From an uncultured Candidatus Rokubacteria bacterium (lineage in GTDB: Bacteria > Methylomirabilota > Methylomirabilia > Rokubacteriales > CSP1-6), in contig CAVWFS010000007.1 in assembly GCA_963754315.1 (NCBI GenBank), positions 64,001 to 128,000 of the forward strand: a DNA stretch of 64,000 nt, written 5' to 3'. Every line of letters starts with the position of its first letter. Positions within the stretch are counted from its first letter, which is position 1. Below are positions 9,984 through 19,572 of the stretch, piece after piece. The notes beneath the pieces are model-generated. The model did not search any database. It was not told the origin of the DNA and saw only the letters and a program-made list of their open reading frames with translations. The position numbers were made by a program, and so were the translations under genes.

Positions 9984-11768
9984 TCACCCCTCCTCCCTTG
10001 GCCATGGTCTCCCCTGCTCGCTCGTCTGCACATTGTCCGCTCGCCGGCGCACGTAACCTTCGGCCGCGGTGCGATCCTCGATTGTTCCGTCCAATCGGCC
10101 GTCGCGCAGTGACTCGAGGATCTGCGCCACCTCCGGGCCCCTGGCGATGCCAAGGGCGATGATCTCCTCACCCCTCAACCACGGCTCGACCCTCGCGTCG
10201 TGATCGACAAAGCGGGTGACCTCGCGCCTGACGGTGGGGTCGCCGCGCAGCCAGATCCACGCCAGTTCGACGGCCGATCGCCCGCGCAGAAGACGCGCCG
10301 CCGCGCTGCGGCTGGGCGCCCTCCGCAGTGCCTCACTGACGCTCTCCGAGCGTCCAAGCGCATGGGTGAGCCGTTCGGTCCCGTCGCCGTTGAGCCCAAG
10401 CCGTCCGAGGGCCGTACGGCTGACGTCCGGTTCCTGGTCTCCGAGCAGCGTGAGAACAAGCAGGTCCAGGGCAGAAGCCGGCACGCCGCGGTCCGATGTC
10501 CACGCGCGTACGGTATCGAGGTCCGTGAGCCGGGCCGCCGTGGCTTGCGTGTACCGATAACGGGGGTCGAGGAGACGAAAGGCCCCGACGGTCCCGAGGG
10601 TCGCGCAGGCCGTGGCGGCCCGAGGCTCGCGCAGGATCAGGTCAAGCTCGGCCAAAATACGCTGACCCGAGAGAGCCTGGTAGGGCGCCAACTCGATGGC
10701 GAGCTCAAGACAAGCGGCTGTCCACGGGTCGGGCACGAGATCGAGGCGCGCCCCGTACCGTGCGGCCCTGAAGATCCGGGTGGGATCCTCCACGAACGAG
10801 AGCGGGTGCAGCACGCGCAGGCGGCGTCGCTGCAGATCGCTCCTCCCGCCGAGGGGGTCGACGAGAAGGAAGGCGCCCGAGGAAAGCTCGGCGGCCATCG
10901 CGTTGATGGAGAAGTCCCGGCGGCGGAGGTCCTCGCCGATCCCGGCTGGCCTCACCTGAGGTAAGGCTGCCGGCACCTCGTAACGCTCGACCCGAGCGGT
11001 CGCGATGTCGATCCGTTGACCGGTCTCATCGTGGACGGAGGCGGAGAGAAAGCGTTCGTGCTCGACAAGCGTTCCGCCGATTTCAGCGGCCAGCAGGCGC
11101 GCGACCGCCAACCCATCCCCTTCCACAACCACGTCGATATCCGCCATTGGCTTCGCCCGCGCCAGCTTCCGTGCCTTCTGAGCCGCCCGGCTGATCGAGG
11201 GAGGGGCCGGGGCTTCCCGAAGGCCGGGGGCCCCTTTCGAGGTCCCCCACAGAATGTCGCGGACGACACCGCCCACGGCGAAAGCGCGGCCGCCCTGGGC
11301 CTCGGCGAGGGCACCGATGCGGACGAGCAACGCGCGCGACGGGGGAGGCAACGCCGGTGTGAGGAGGCCCCTCAGCGAGGGGCCGGCCACGGCGTTGAAG
11401 CCGGCTCGCCCCACGGCGCCATAACCGCCCGTCTCGTCGCGAACGACCACCGCAGGTGCGCCGCCCGCCAGGTGGCGGCGGACGATGATCTCACTCGCGC
11501 GAGCGGCAACGACGGGTAGTGGCCGCCCAAGGCGATGCGTCATCAGCTCCCCGAGGCCGAGAGCGACCGCCCGGCTCAGATCTTCGCGCAGCACGGAGTG
11601 TCGTAAGCCGCCGACGGGAGTAAGCACCGTCGCGTTGAGTCGCGTGGCCAACGCGTGAGCCTCCTCGACCCGCGCCCCTCCCGGCAGAGTGGCAACGCGG
11701 AGGTTGACAAGATCGCAAGCTTGCACGCGAACTGTCGGATAGGGGTGTCCGCTTCGGGCCACTGTCAT
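9984..11768 (-). CDS. Class II tRNA nucleotidyltransferase (CCA- or A-adding) with degenerate CBS-like N-terminus
   Basis: GGVVRD...[25 protein letters not shown]. Likely start MTVARSG at 11768. Confidence 0.85.
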   Translation of the reverse strand: MTVARSGHPYPTVRVQACDLVNLRVATLPGGARVEEAHALATRLNATVLTPVGGLRHSVLREDLSRAVALGLGELMTHRLGRPLPVVAARASEIIVRRHLAGGAPAVVVRDETGGYGAVGRAGFNAVAGPSLRGLLTPALPPPSRALLVRIGALAEAQGGRAFAVGGVVRDILWGTSKGAPGLREAPAPPSISRAAQKARKLARAKPMADIDVVVEGDGLAVARLLAAEIGGTLVEHERFLSASVHDETGQRIDIATARVERYEVPAALPQVRPAGIGEDLRRRDFSINAMAAELSSGAFLLVDPLGGRSDLQRRRLRVLHPLSFVEDPTRIFRAARYGARLDLVPDPWTAACLELAIELAPYQALSGQRILAELDLILREPRAATACATLGTVGAFRLLDPRYRYTQATAARLTDLDTVRAWTSDRGVPASALDLLVLTLLGDQEPDVSRTALGRLGLNGDGTERLTHALGRSESVSEALRRAPSRSAAARLLRGRSAVELAWIWLRGDPTVRREVTRFVDHDARVEPWLRGEEIIALGIARGPEVAQILESLRDGRLDGTIEDRTAAEGYVRRRADNVQTSEQGRPWPREEG

Positions 11769-11922
11769 CCGCTCCGGGTCCGAACCATCGCGCTGACGGC
11801 TGGCGCCATGCCGCTGAATGCTGCTGCGGACGAAGACGAAGAAGAGAAAACTCGAACCGGGCGTTCGGAGGCTGAGCGCTCGTGGGTCGTCCGGATACTG
11901 TCGAACGCAGCGAGCACGTCGG

Positions 11923-11931
11923 ATTATATCA
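11923..11931 (-). promoter_or_regulatory. Extended -10 (TGA-TATAAT) for nucleotidyltransferase-pyrG-kds operon
   Basis: Perfect TGnTATAAT overlapping the murJ stop codon, in GC-rich DNA. Confidence 0.6.
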
Positions 11932-13500
11932 AACGTTTCGCCGATAGAGCAAGAACCGCGCGATCGTCGCGAGCTCGGGAGCACCGAGGCACCACGCGGA
12001 TCCCACGAAGGCAAGTCCCGCGAGGACGATCGTGCCGAGCAACCAGGTTGCGTCCACCACACCGGCGGGCGTGACCGGCCACAGCCAAAGCGATCCCAGG
12101 CAGACCAGAACGAGTGATGCCGAGGCCACTGCTGTTCGAGCGATGGCTCCGAGGATGCCGAGTCCCCCGATCGGGCCGAGACGGCGCCGGGCCGCCCAGA
12201 CGAGGGTCCCCAGGTTCACGTAAGAGGCCACCGCCGCCGCCGCCGCCAGGCCTGCGTGCCCGAGCGGCCCCATCAGGGCGAAGGCGGCGACGACGTTGAC
12301 TGCCACCGAGACCACACCGAGACGCACGGCGACGATCGGTTCCTGGAGAGCGTAGAAGACCTGGGCCGCGATCCGGGCCGCCGACATGCCCGCCAGCCCT
12401 AGCGCGAACCACGTCAGCGCCTCCGCCGTGGCGAAGGTGTCGGCCGTGGTGAATTGGCCGCGCTCGAACAGCACCCGGATGATCGGAGTACGTAGGATAA
12501 GCAGCCCCAGGGTGGCCGGAACGGCGATGAAGAGCGACCATCGTAGCCCGAACCCCAAGGTTGCCGCGAGCGCGCGGAGGTCACGAGCGGCCGCCTGTCT
12601 GGACATGGTGGGAAGGGCGGCCGAGGCCAGGGCGATTCCGAACACCCCCAAGGGCAATTCCATTACGCGGTCGGCATAGTAGAGAAACGAGATACTGCCC
12701 GGACGAAGCAGGGAGGCGAGCAGCGTGTTCACGAAGACGTTCACCTGCACGGAGGCCAGCCCCACCACGGCGGGCAGCAGGAGCCGTCCAACCTGGCGTA
12801 CCGCCGGATGTCCGATCTCACCCGATGGGGCGACCAGGCAACCGCAGCGGTTCAAGCTCGGCAGCTGCACGGCGAGCTGCCCGAGGCCGCCGAGGACCAC
12901 CCCGATGGCGGGGGCCACGATGGGTGGGGTCACCCGGCTGGCGAGGAGGGCGACGCACACGATGATCCCGACGTTCTGCACCGCCGGGCCCAGCGCGGGA
13001 GTGAAGAACCGAGCATGGGCGTGGAGGGTCCCCATGGCGAGGGCGCTCAGGGCCACCAGGACCAAGTAGGGAAACATCAGCCGTGTGAGCGAGGCGCTGA
13101 GCTCCGCCTGGCCTGGGTCGCGTGTGAATCCCGGCGCCATGAAGCGCACCAACTCGGGTGCTGCCGCGACGCCGAGGGCAGTGACCACGGTGAGGACGAG
13201 GATGGTGGCGCCCAGCAGAGCCCGGAGCATGCGAAGCAACTCAGCACGCGGTCGGTGGCCCGCGTACTCGGTGACCACGGGAATGACCGCGGCGGAGAGA
13301 GCACCCTCCCCGAGCAGCCGGCGCATGATGTTGGGAATGCGCAGGGCGACAAGGAAGGCATCCGTGGTGGTGCCGGCGCCGAAGACGAGGGCGATCACCA
13401 TATCGCGCGCGAAGCCCAGCGCGCGGCTGAGCAGGGTGGCGCTACCGATCGTCCCCAGCGCGCGGATGACCTGACCTTCGGGGTTCAGGGGGGTGCTCAT
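11929..13500 (-). CDS. murJ: Lipid II flippase
   Basis: SRALGFARD, RIPNIMRRLLGEGAL, YYADRVMELPLG, many TM segments. Start MSTPLNP at 13500. Confidence 0.96.
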   Translation of the reverse strand: MSTPLNPEGQVIRALGTIGSATLLSRALGFARDMVIALVFGAGTTTDAFLVALRIPNIMRRLLGEGALSAAVIPVVTEYAGHRPRAELLRMLRALLGATILVLTVVTALGVAAAPELVRFMAPGFTRDPGQAELSASLTRLMFPYLVLVALSALAMGTLHAHARFFTPALGPAVQNVGIIVCVALLASRVTPPIVAPAIGVVLGGLGQLAVQLPSLNRCGCLVAPSGEIGHPAVRQVGRLLLPAVVGLASVQVNVFVNTLLASLLRPGSISFLYYADRVMELPLGVFGIALASAALPTMSRQAAARDLRALAATLGFGLRWSLFIAVPATLGLLILRTPIIRVLFERGQFTTADTFATAEALTWFALGLAGMSAARIAAQVFYALQEPIVAVRLGVVSVAVNVVAAFALMGPLGHAGLAAAAAVASYVNLGTLVWAARRRLGPIGGLGILGAIARTAVASASLVLVCLGSLWLWPVTPAGVVDATWLLGTIVLAGLAFVGSAWCLGAPELATIARFLLYRRNV

Positions 13501-13583
13501 CTTGTATTCGCCAGCGTGATGCGGCACCATTGGACGTCCAGTCTGCGCGTCCAGTGGGCGCGACACCGAGGGAGAATGCTCAC

Positions 13584-13841
13584 GTGGCCAACACGAAGTC
13601 GGCATCGAAGCGAATGCGGCAGAGCGAGCGCCGGCGTCTGCGGAACCGGGCCTTGCGGTCCAGGCTACGCAGCGCCGTCAAGACCGCCCGAACCAGCGCC
13701 GTCCAGGCGGGGGCGGATGCCCGCGCCGCAGTCGCCGACGCAATCCGTACGCTCGACAAGGCTGTCAGCAAGGGCGTCGTCCACCGAAACACGGCGGCCC
13801 GCAAGAAGTCCGCGCTCGCCCGCCTGGTGTCGGGACGCTAG
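13584..13841 (+). CDS. rpsT: 30S ribosomal protein S20
   Basis: GTG start (M)ANTKSASKRMRQ...KGVVHRNTAARKKS, GGAG RBS. Confidence 0.97.
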   Translation: MANTKSASKRMRQSERRRLRNRALRSRLRSAVKTARTSAVQAGADARAAVADAIRTLDKAVSKGVVHRNTAARKKSALARLVSGR

Positions 13842-15172
13842 CGCCTCGCCGCACTCCGCGCCTCCGCCACTTCGCCGATGAGGGTGCTGGCCGACCGGGT
13901 CAGCAGATCGCCAGCTGCTGGGCCGTACACGGTGCTGCACGTGACATAGCTGGTCCGCGGGTAGGCGGTCGTCGTCACGAAGTAGCCGAGATAGTCGTTC
14001 GAGACACCCGCCACGAACCCGCGCCCGAACGAGCGTCGTGCCTCTGCCTTGATCGCTTCGCCCAGGCTCGACTGAAGTTCCCCCGGAATGGTAACCCAGA
14101 CCGCGTCGCCCACGGACACCGCGGTCAGCTCGGCATCACGTCCCAGCACGCTTCCAAGGGGAATGGTGAGGCTTGGCGGCAGCCAACGACTTAAACAGTT
14201 GCGCAGCGAGAGAACGGGAGCCGGCAGCAGGACACGGACACCGCGGGTTGTCAGGGCGGTGATCGGGGTTTCGGTCGCTTGCCCCCACCCCGCGCGCACG
14301 CTGGCGGCGAGTTCGTGGCCCACCGCCACCATCTCCGTAGGCCCGCGCCGGCGGGGACTGACGTCGCCCACGGCGCCGTTGACGAAGAGCACCGGCACGC
14401 CGAGGTCGCGCTCGAGAACCTGGGAAGCCACCCCCATCACGTCGCCGGACAAGCGAAGGTTGAGGGCGCCCAGCATGGTGCCGTGAATGGCGTAGTTCCA
14501 CACGAGCGCGATAGGCTGTCCGCCGTCAGTACTGAACTTGAGGCCGATCATCTCGCGGTCGACCGGCAGTCCCAACCGGCCGACTGTCACATCGGGCGCC
14601 TGGCGGCTGAAGGTGCCCACGCGAGCCGGCACCCGTGATGATTCCGCGAGCAGGATCGCGCGGACAACCGCCTTCACGAGGGCGGAGCGGACCTCACCAT
14701 GGAAGCGATCAAGGGCAATGAAGGCCCACAGTGCCGAGGGGACAAAGGCACCGGGGCCCGAGTGGGTGTGGGAGGCAGAGACGATGAGCGTGACAGGTGT
14801 CAACCCGGCCGCCCGGAGTTGCTCGCTCACCGCGCGCGTGAAGCTCCGATCCACGGCCACCAGCTCGACTGTTACCCAGGCCACCCGTTGTGTCCCCTGC
14901 TCCAGGACCAGGGCTCGGGCGAACAGCGGGTCGAGCGTTCCCTCTGAAGGCTTGAACCAGAAGGCGAAAGGGTAAAGACCGAAGACGTCGGGAAAGAGCA
15001 GTCGACGTGCCGGGTTTCCATAGCCGGCGAGGGGCGTTCCGGCTGGGGGAACGAAGGCCACAGTGGCCGCGCCCGCAGTCAGGCATGTCGGGCAGGACGC
15101 TGGCCACGCGTGGGAGACGACTCCCAGCAGGAGCAGGAGAGCGCCGCTCAGGGTTCGGGTCAGCGACCACAC
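13838..15172 (-). CDS. Exported neutral/alkaline ceramidase-family protein
   Basis: Signal peptide, PLAGYG, LFARAL, SASHTHSGP, NYAIHGT, NDYLGY. GTG start near 15172 is estimated. Confidence 0.75.
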   Translation of the reverse strand: MWSLTRTLSGALLLLLGVVSHAWPASCPTCLTAGAATVAFVPPAGTPLAGYGNPARRLLFPDVFGLYPFAFWFKPSEGTLDPLFARALVLEQGTQRVAWVTVELVAVDRSFTRAVSEQLRAAGLTPVTLIVSASHTHSGPGAFVPSALWAFIALDRFHGEVRSALVKAVVRAILLAESSRVPARVGTFSRQAPDVTVGRLGLPVDREMIGLKFSTDGGQPIALVWNYAIHGTMLGALNLRLSGDVMGVASQVLERDLGVPVLFVNGAVGDVSPRRRGPTEMVAVGHELAASVRAGWGQATETPITALTTRGVRVLLPAPVLSLRNCLSRWLPPSLTIPLGSVLGRDAELTAVSVGDAVWVTIPGELQSSLGEAIKAEARRSFGRGFVAGVSNDYLGYFVTTTAYPRTSYVTCSTVYGPAAGDLLTRSASTLIGEVAEARSAARR

Positions 15173-16194
15173 AGGGCGACGACCAGCGCCGACAACTCGC
15201 CCCGGGGTTCCCCCCCTGACTTCAGCCGCGTCTCCGCGACCCAGCACCGGCGAAGCCCATTTGCCTCTGTGGCAGCCGATCGACCAGCGGCGGCATAGGC
15301 CTGCACGGCTGATAGCGGGCGTCGGAGCGTGCGGGCTATCTGCTCGAGACTCTGCCCGTGCGTGAGCCATTCTCGGATAGTCCACGCCGTCCTCACCTCC
15401 CGGGTGAGCATGGCGAGCACGAGCATCGGCTCCTCGGTCGCGAGCAGGGACTCGAGGGTCCGAAGGGCCAGACCCACATCTGAACGTTCCACAGCACGCG
15501 TGAGGTCGAACACCCCGCTCACCCGGTGCTCGCCAACGACAGCACTCACCTCCTTCACGCCCACCGTACGATTCTCGGGTCCGCCTGCCAGAGCGGCCTT
15601 GCGCGTCTCGCCGAGCAGCGCGGCGCCGTCGTCACCGACCCACTGCACGAGGAGCCGAGCGGCCTCCTCGCTCACCGTGATGCCCTCGACCGTAGCCCGC
15701 CGCCGTAGCCACTGTTCCAGTGCAGTCCCTTGCCGCGAGGGCAGGGCCACGATGGCACCGGCCGGCACCGCGCCGAGCAGCCAGTGATCCTTTCGGTCGC
15801 GCGTGGCCACGAGCGACTCGTCGGCCAGGAGCAGGAGGCAGGCAGTCGGGTTCGGGCGGGCACAATAGTCCACCAGCGCGTCGACCCCCTTGACGGCCAA
15901 CGCCTGGCAGTGGCGAACGGCCACGAGACGTCTGGGTGCCATGACGGGCATGACCATCGCTGACTGGACGGCGAGGCTGATCGTCACCTCGCGGCCGTCG
16001 AGGATCTCGCGATCGAAGATGGCGGCGTTTGGATCGGAACAGAGGCCCTGGGTCACGGCTGCCAGGGTGTCGTCGAGGAGCTGCACGTCATGGCCATGCA
16101 CGAGCGCTACCGGCGGCGGCTGGCCGTCGGTGGCCTGGCGAAACAGCCTGTCGAGATCGAGGGGCGAAATCCGCCCCGGGCCGGCCGTGCTCAG
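15160..16194 (-). CDS. holA: DNA polymerase III delta subunit
   Basis: MAPRRLVAV, VFDLTRAV, ETRLKSG, and leuS-lptE-holA synteny. Start uncertain, probably CTG at 16194. Confidence 0.88.
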   Translation of the reverse strand: MSTAGPGRISPLDLDRLFRQATDGQPPPVALVHGHDVQLLDDTLAAVTQGLCSDPNAAIFDREILDGREVTISLAVQSAMVMPVMAPRRLVAVRHCQALAVKGVDALVDYCARPNPTACLLLLADESLVATRDRKDHWLLGAVPAGAIVALPSRQGTALEQWLRRRATVEGITVSEEAARLLVQWVGDDGAALLGETRKAALAGGPENRTVGVKEVSAVVGEHRVSGVFDLTRAVERSDVGLALRTLESLLATEEPMLVLAMLTREVRTAWTIREWLTHGQSLEQIARTLRRPLSAVQAYAAAGRSAATEANGLRRCWVAETRLKSGGEPRGELSALVVALCGR

Positions 16195-16697
16195 AACGGG
16201 TCGACCGCGCGCGCCACGATGTCGCGGCCAATGATCTGGGCCACGGGGACGATGGCCGCGTCCTGGCGGGCGATCGTGTCGGCCACCACGGGCGCGGCCA
16301 GATAGTCGACGCGCTCCTGAAGCCCACGCTCTTCGAAGAGGATGACCCCTCGTCGCACGTCCCGGAAGCGAACGCTCACGGTGACGAAGAGGCGATACTG
16401 CTGGGGGTTGGCGTTGGAATCGAAGGCGAGCACGGTCACCTGGTAGTTGATGATCTCGCCCTCGAGGATGGCATCGGCCTCGGACGGGTTCACCACCTTG
16501 AGCCGTCCGTCGGTAGCGAACGCGTTGACCACTGCCGCCGTCATGGCCGCTTCGATGTTGGGCCACTGAGTCCGGTTGGCGAATACGGGGACCCCGACCG
16601 TCTTGATGTGCGGAGGAAGGCTGCCGCGCCAGGAGTAGCCGCAACCGGCGCTGAGGAGGAACAGAGCCATCACGCCGATGGCGCGGCGCCGCATCAT
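16191..16697 (-). CDS. lptE: LPS assembly lipoprotein
   Basis: Lipobox SAGC-GY, position between leuS and holA, ATGA overlap with the leuS stop. Confidence 0.88.
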   Translation of the reverse strand: MMRRRAIGVMALFLLSAGCGYSWRGSLPPHIKTVGVPVFANRTQWPNIEAAMTAAVVNAFATDGRLKVVNPSEADAILEGEIINYQVTVLAFDSNANPQQYRLFVTVSVRFRDVRRGVILFEERGLQERVDYLAAPVVADTIARQDAAIVPVAQIIGRDIVARAVDPF

Positions 16698-19214
16698 GCG
16701 CGAGTGACGACGTTGACGAGCCGGTTGGGCACCACGACCACGCGCTCCACGCGTCGTCCCCGGAGCCACGGTTGGACCTTCTCGTCGGCCAGGGCCTGTT
16801 CCTGCACGATCTCCTCACCGGCGTTCATGTCCACCACCAACCGGCCGCGAACCTTGCCGTCGACTTGGACGACCACGGTCACCGCTTGCTTGACGAGGGC
16901 AGCGGGGTCAGCCGTCGGCCAGGCGCGGGTGAACACGCTGTCCAGGTGCCCGAGCCGAGACCAGAGCTCCTCGGCGATGTGAGGACAGAAGGGACCAAGG
17001 AGCAGTGTCAACGTCTCGACCGCCTCCCGCAGCAGGCGCTCGCGTTCGGCCGGCGGCACTCCCGCCGCGGCGGTGGCCACCGGCTCGAAGGCATAGAGCG
17101 CGTTGGTCAGCTCCATGATGGCGCTGATGGCGGTGTTGAAGTGAAAGTCGTGATCGAGATCATCCGTCACACGAGCGATCGTCTCGTGAATGATCCGCCG
17201 GAACCCCCGCCCCGCTTCACTGAGATCGAGAGAGGGAGACCCTACGCCATTGCTTCCCCCGGGTGCTTGGGGATGGCTCCACGATCTCGTCTGCATGGCT
17301 GATCACGAAGCGCCATACGCGGTTCAGAAAGCGCGAGGCGCCTTCGACGCCACGGTCGTTCCAATCGAGATCCTTCTCGGGCGGGGCCGCAAAGAGCGAG
17401 AAGAGTCGTGCGGTGTCGGCGCCCAAGCTCCGGATGAGCTCGTCCGGGTCCACCACGTTTCCTTTGGACTTCGACATCTTGGCGCCGTCCTTGATGACCA
17501 TGCCCTGACTGAGCAGGGCCAGGAACGGCTCGTCCACCTTGACGAGCCCGAGGTCGCGCAGGACCTTGGTGTAGAAGCGCGCGTAGAGGAGGTGGAGGAC
17601 GGCGTGCTCGATGCCACCAATGTACTGGTCGACGGGCATCCAGTAGTCGGCGGCGGCGGGGTCCACCATATGGGCCCCGTAGTGTGGCGAACAGTAGCGG
17701 AGAAAGTACCACGAGGACTCCACGAAGGTGTCCATGGTGTCCGTATCCCGCCGGGCCCGCCCCCCGCAGCGGGGACACCTCGCATTCACGAAGCCCACCA
17801 CCTCGGCCAGCGGGGAGCCTCCCTTTCCGCTGATCTGGACGTCGCGCGGAAGGACGACAGGGAGATTCTCCTCCTTTTCGGGGACCATCCCGCAGGCAGC
17901 ACAGTACAGCACGGGGATCGGCGCGCCCCAGTAGCGTTGGCGGCTGATGCCCCAGTCTCGCAGGCGATAGTTGATCTTGCCGACGCCGAGGCCGTGCTCG
18001 ACGAGCCAGTCGATGGCGCGCCGCTTGGCCTCGGCCACGGTCAGACCGTCGAGGAAGCCGGAGTTGATCTTGATCCCGTCGCCCAGGTAGGCCTTGCCGG
18101 TCCAGCCCTCCGGGCGTCGCACCGTTTCGATGATCGGCAGTCCGTGCTGCTCGGCGAATTCCCAGTCCCGCTCGTCCTCGCCGGGCACGGCCATGATGGC
18201 GCCCGTCCCGTAGCCCATGAGGACGTAGTCGGCGATGAAGAGAGGGATGTCGGCGCCCGTGAAGGGGTTCACCGCGCGCGCGCTCAAGCGGAGGCCCCGC
18301 TTGGGGCGATCGACTGCCGTGCGCTCGATCTCGGACTGGCGGGCGACCTCTGCCCGGAAGACAGCCACGGCTGCCCGCTCGTCGTCCGTCGCCACGAGCT
18401 GGTCGACGAGCGGGTGCTCGGGGGCCAGCACCGCGTACGTCATGCCGAAGGCGGTGTCAGGCCGGGTAGTAAACACAGAAATGGTCAGCCCGGACCGCCC
18501 AGCGATTGGCAGGCCAAACTCCGCTCCTTCGCTGCGCCCGATCCAATTTCGCTGCATGGTGAGGACGCGCTCGGGCCAGCCCGGCAGCCGATCGCACCAG
18601 GCGAGCAGTTCCTCGGCGTAGGCGGTGATCTTGAAGAACCACCCCTCGAGATCGCGTGGCGTGACCTCGGAGTCACAGCGCCAGCACCGCCCGTCTTCCA
18701 CCTGCTCGTTGGCGAGCACCGTCTGGCAGGACGGGCACCAGTTCACCGTCGAGCGCTTGCGATAGGCGAGACCGCGCTCCAGCATCTTGATGAAGATGAG
18801 CTGTTCCCACCGGTAGTACTCCGGATCACAGGTGGTCACCTCGCGATCCCAGTCGTAGGAGATTCCCATCTTCCTGAGCTGGGCGCGCATGTTGTCGATG
18901 TTCTCGTACGTCCAGATGGCGGGGTGCACGCCGTTCTCGATGGCGGCGTTCTCGGCGGGGAGTCCGAAGGCATCCCATCCCATCGGATGCAGCACGTTGA
19001 AGCCGCGCATCCATTTGTACCGGGCCAGCAGGTCCCCGATCGCATACACGCGCACGTGCCCCATATGGATGCGGCCGGAGGGGTACGGGAACATCTCGAG
19101 GCAATAGAATTTCGGGCGCGCGGGGTCCTCCGTCACCCGAAACTGGCGGCGCGCTTCCCAGATGCGCTGCCACTTCGCCTCGATCTCCTGAAAGGGATAA
19201 CGGTCGCTCGACAT
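16694..19214 (-). CDS. leuS: Leucyl-tRNA synthetase, frameshifted near 17230-17290
   Basis: HMGH, KMSKS and editing domain in 17217-19214. [14 protein letters not shown] and VQVDGKVR in 16694-17296 (+1 frame). Confidence 0.96.
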
Positions 19215-19266
19215 GACCTTTCGATTTGTACTCTATCGGTGGAACGGAGGCAAGAAACGGGCGGGC

Positions 19267-19309
19267 GGCCGGGGCGAGGGCTGCGAGCCGACGCCGTACC
19301 GCCCCGGCC
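19267..19309 (-). terminator. GC-rich hairpin, probable terminator of the uvr operon
   Basis: GGCCGGGGCG...CGCCCCGGCC 10-bp stem followed by TTTCTT on the minus strand. Confidence 0.45.
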
Positions 19310-19317
19310 GAGCCCTT

Positions 19318-19572
19318 CTACTTCTTCACACCCAGGAGCATGAGGGCCTCGTCGGCTGTCTTCACCGACTCGGTGTGCTTGCCGCCGTCGTGCAGCTTCT
19401 GCGCCTCGTCCAGCTTGGCCAATGCTTGCTTCACTTTCGGATCGTCGGCCTTCATCTTGGCGGCCGCCTCCCGCCCCTGCTTGATGAGGACCGGGCAGTT
19501 GGAGGCCACGGCAGGACCGGCCGCGAAGGCCAGACCCGCCGCGAAGGCGGTCATGGCGATAAGCTTTTTCAT
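19318..19572 (-). CDS. Small exported helical protein of unknown function
   Basis: MKK signal peptide ending AVA, mature SNCP..., [17 protein letters not shown] overlap with uvrC. Confidence 0.85.
   Translation of the reverse strand: MKKLIAMTAFAAGLAFAAGPAVASNCPVLIKQGREAAAKMKADDPKVKQALAKLDEAQKLHDGGKHTESVKTADEALMLLGVKK

Noticed and set aside
5951..16818. Long N-terminal extensions in the ORF track for lptA, kdsA, pyrG, nucleotidyltransferase, ceramidase and holA
   Set aside because: They overlap upstream genes. Shorter starts with RBS or stop/start overlaps fit better.
16694..19214. Naturally split LeuRS as in Aquifex
   Set aside because: The break is after KMSKS in a variable linker, the frames overlap, there is no convincing RBS or start for a second subunit, and four other frameshifts in the window point to errors
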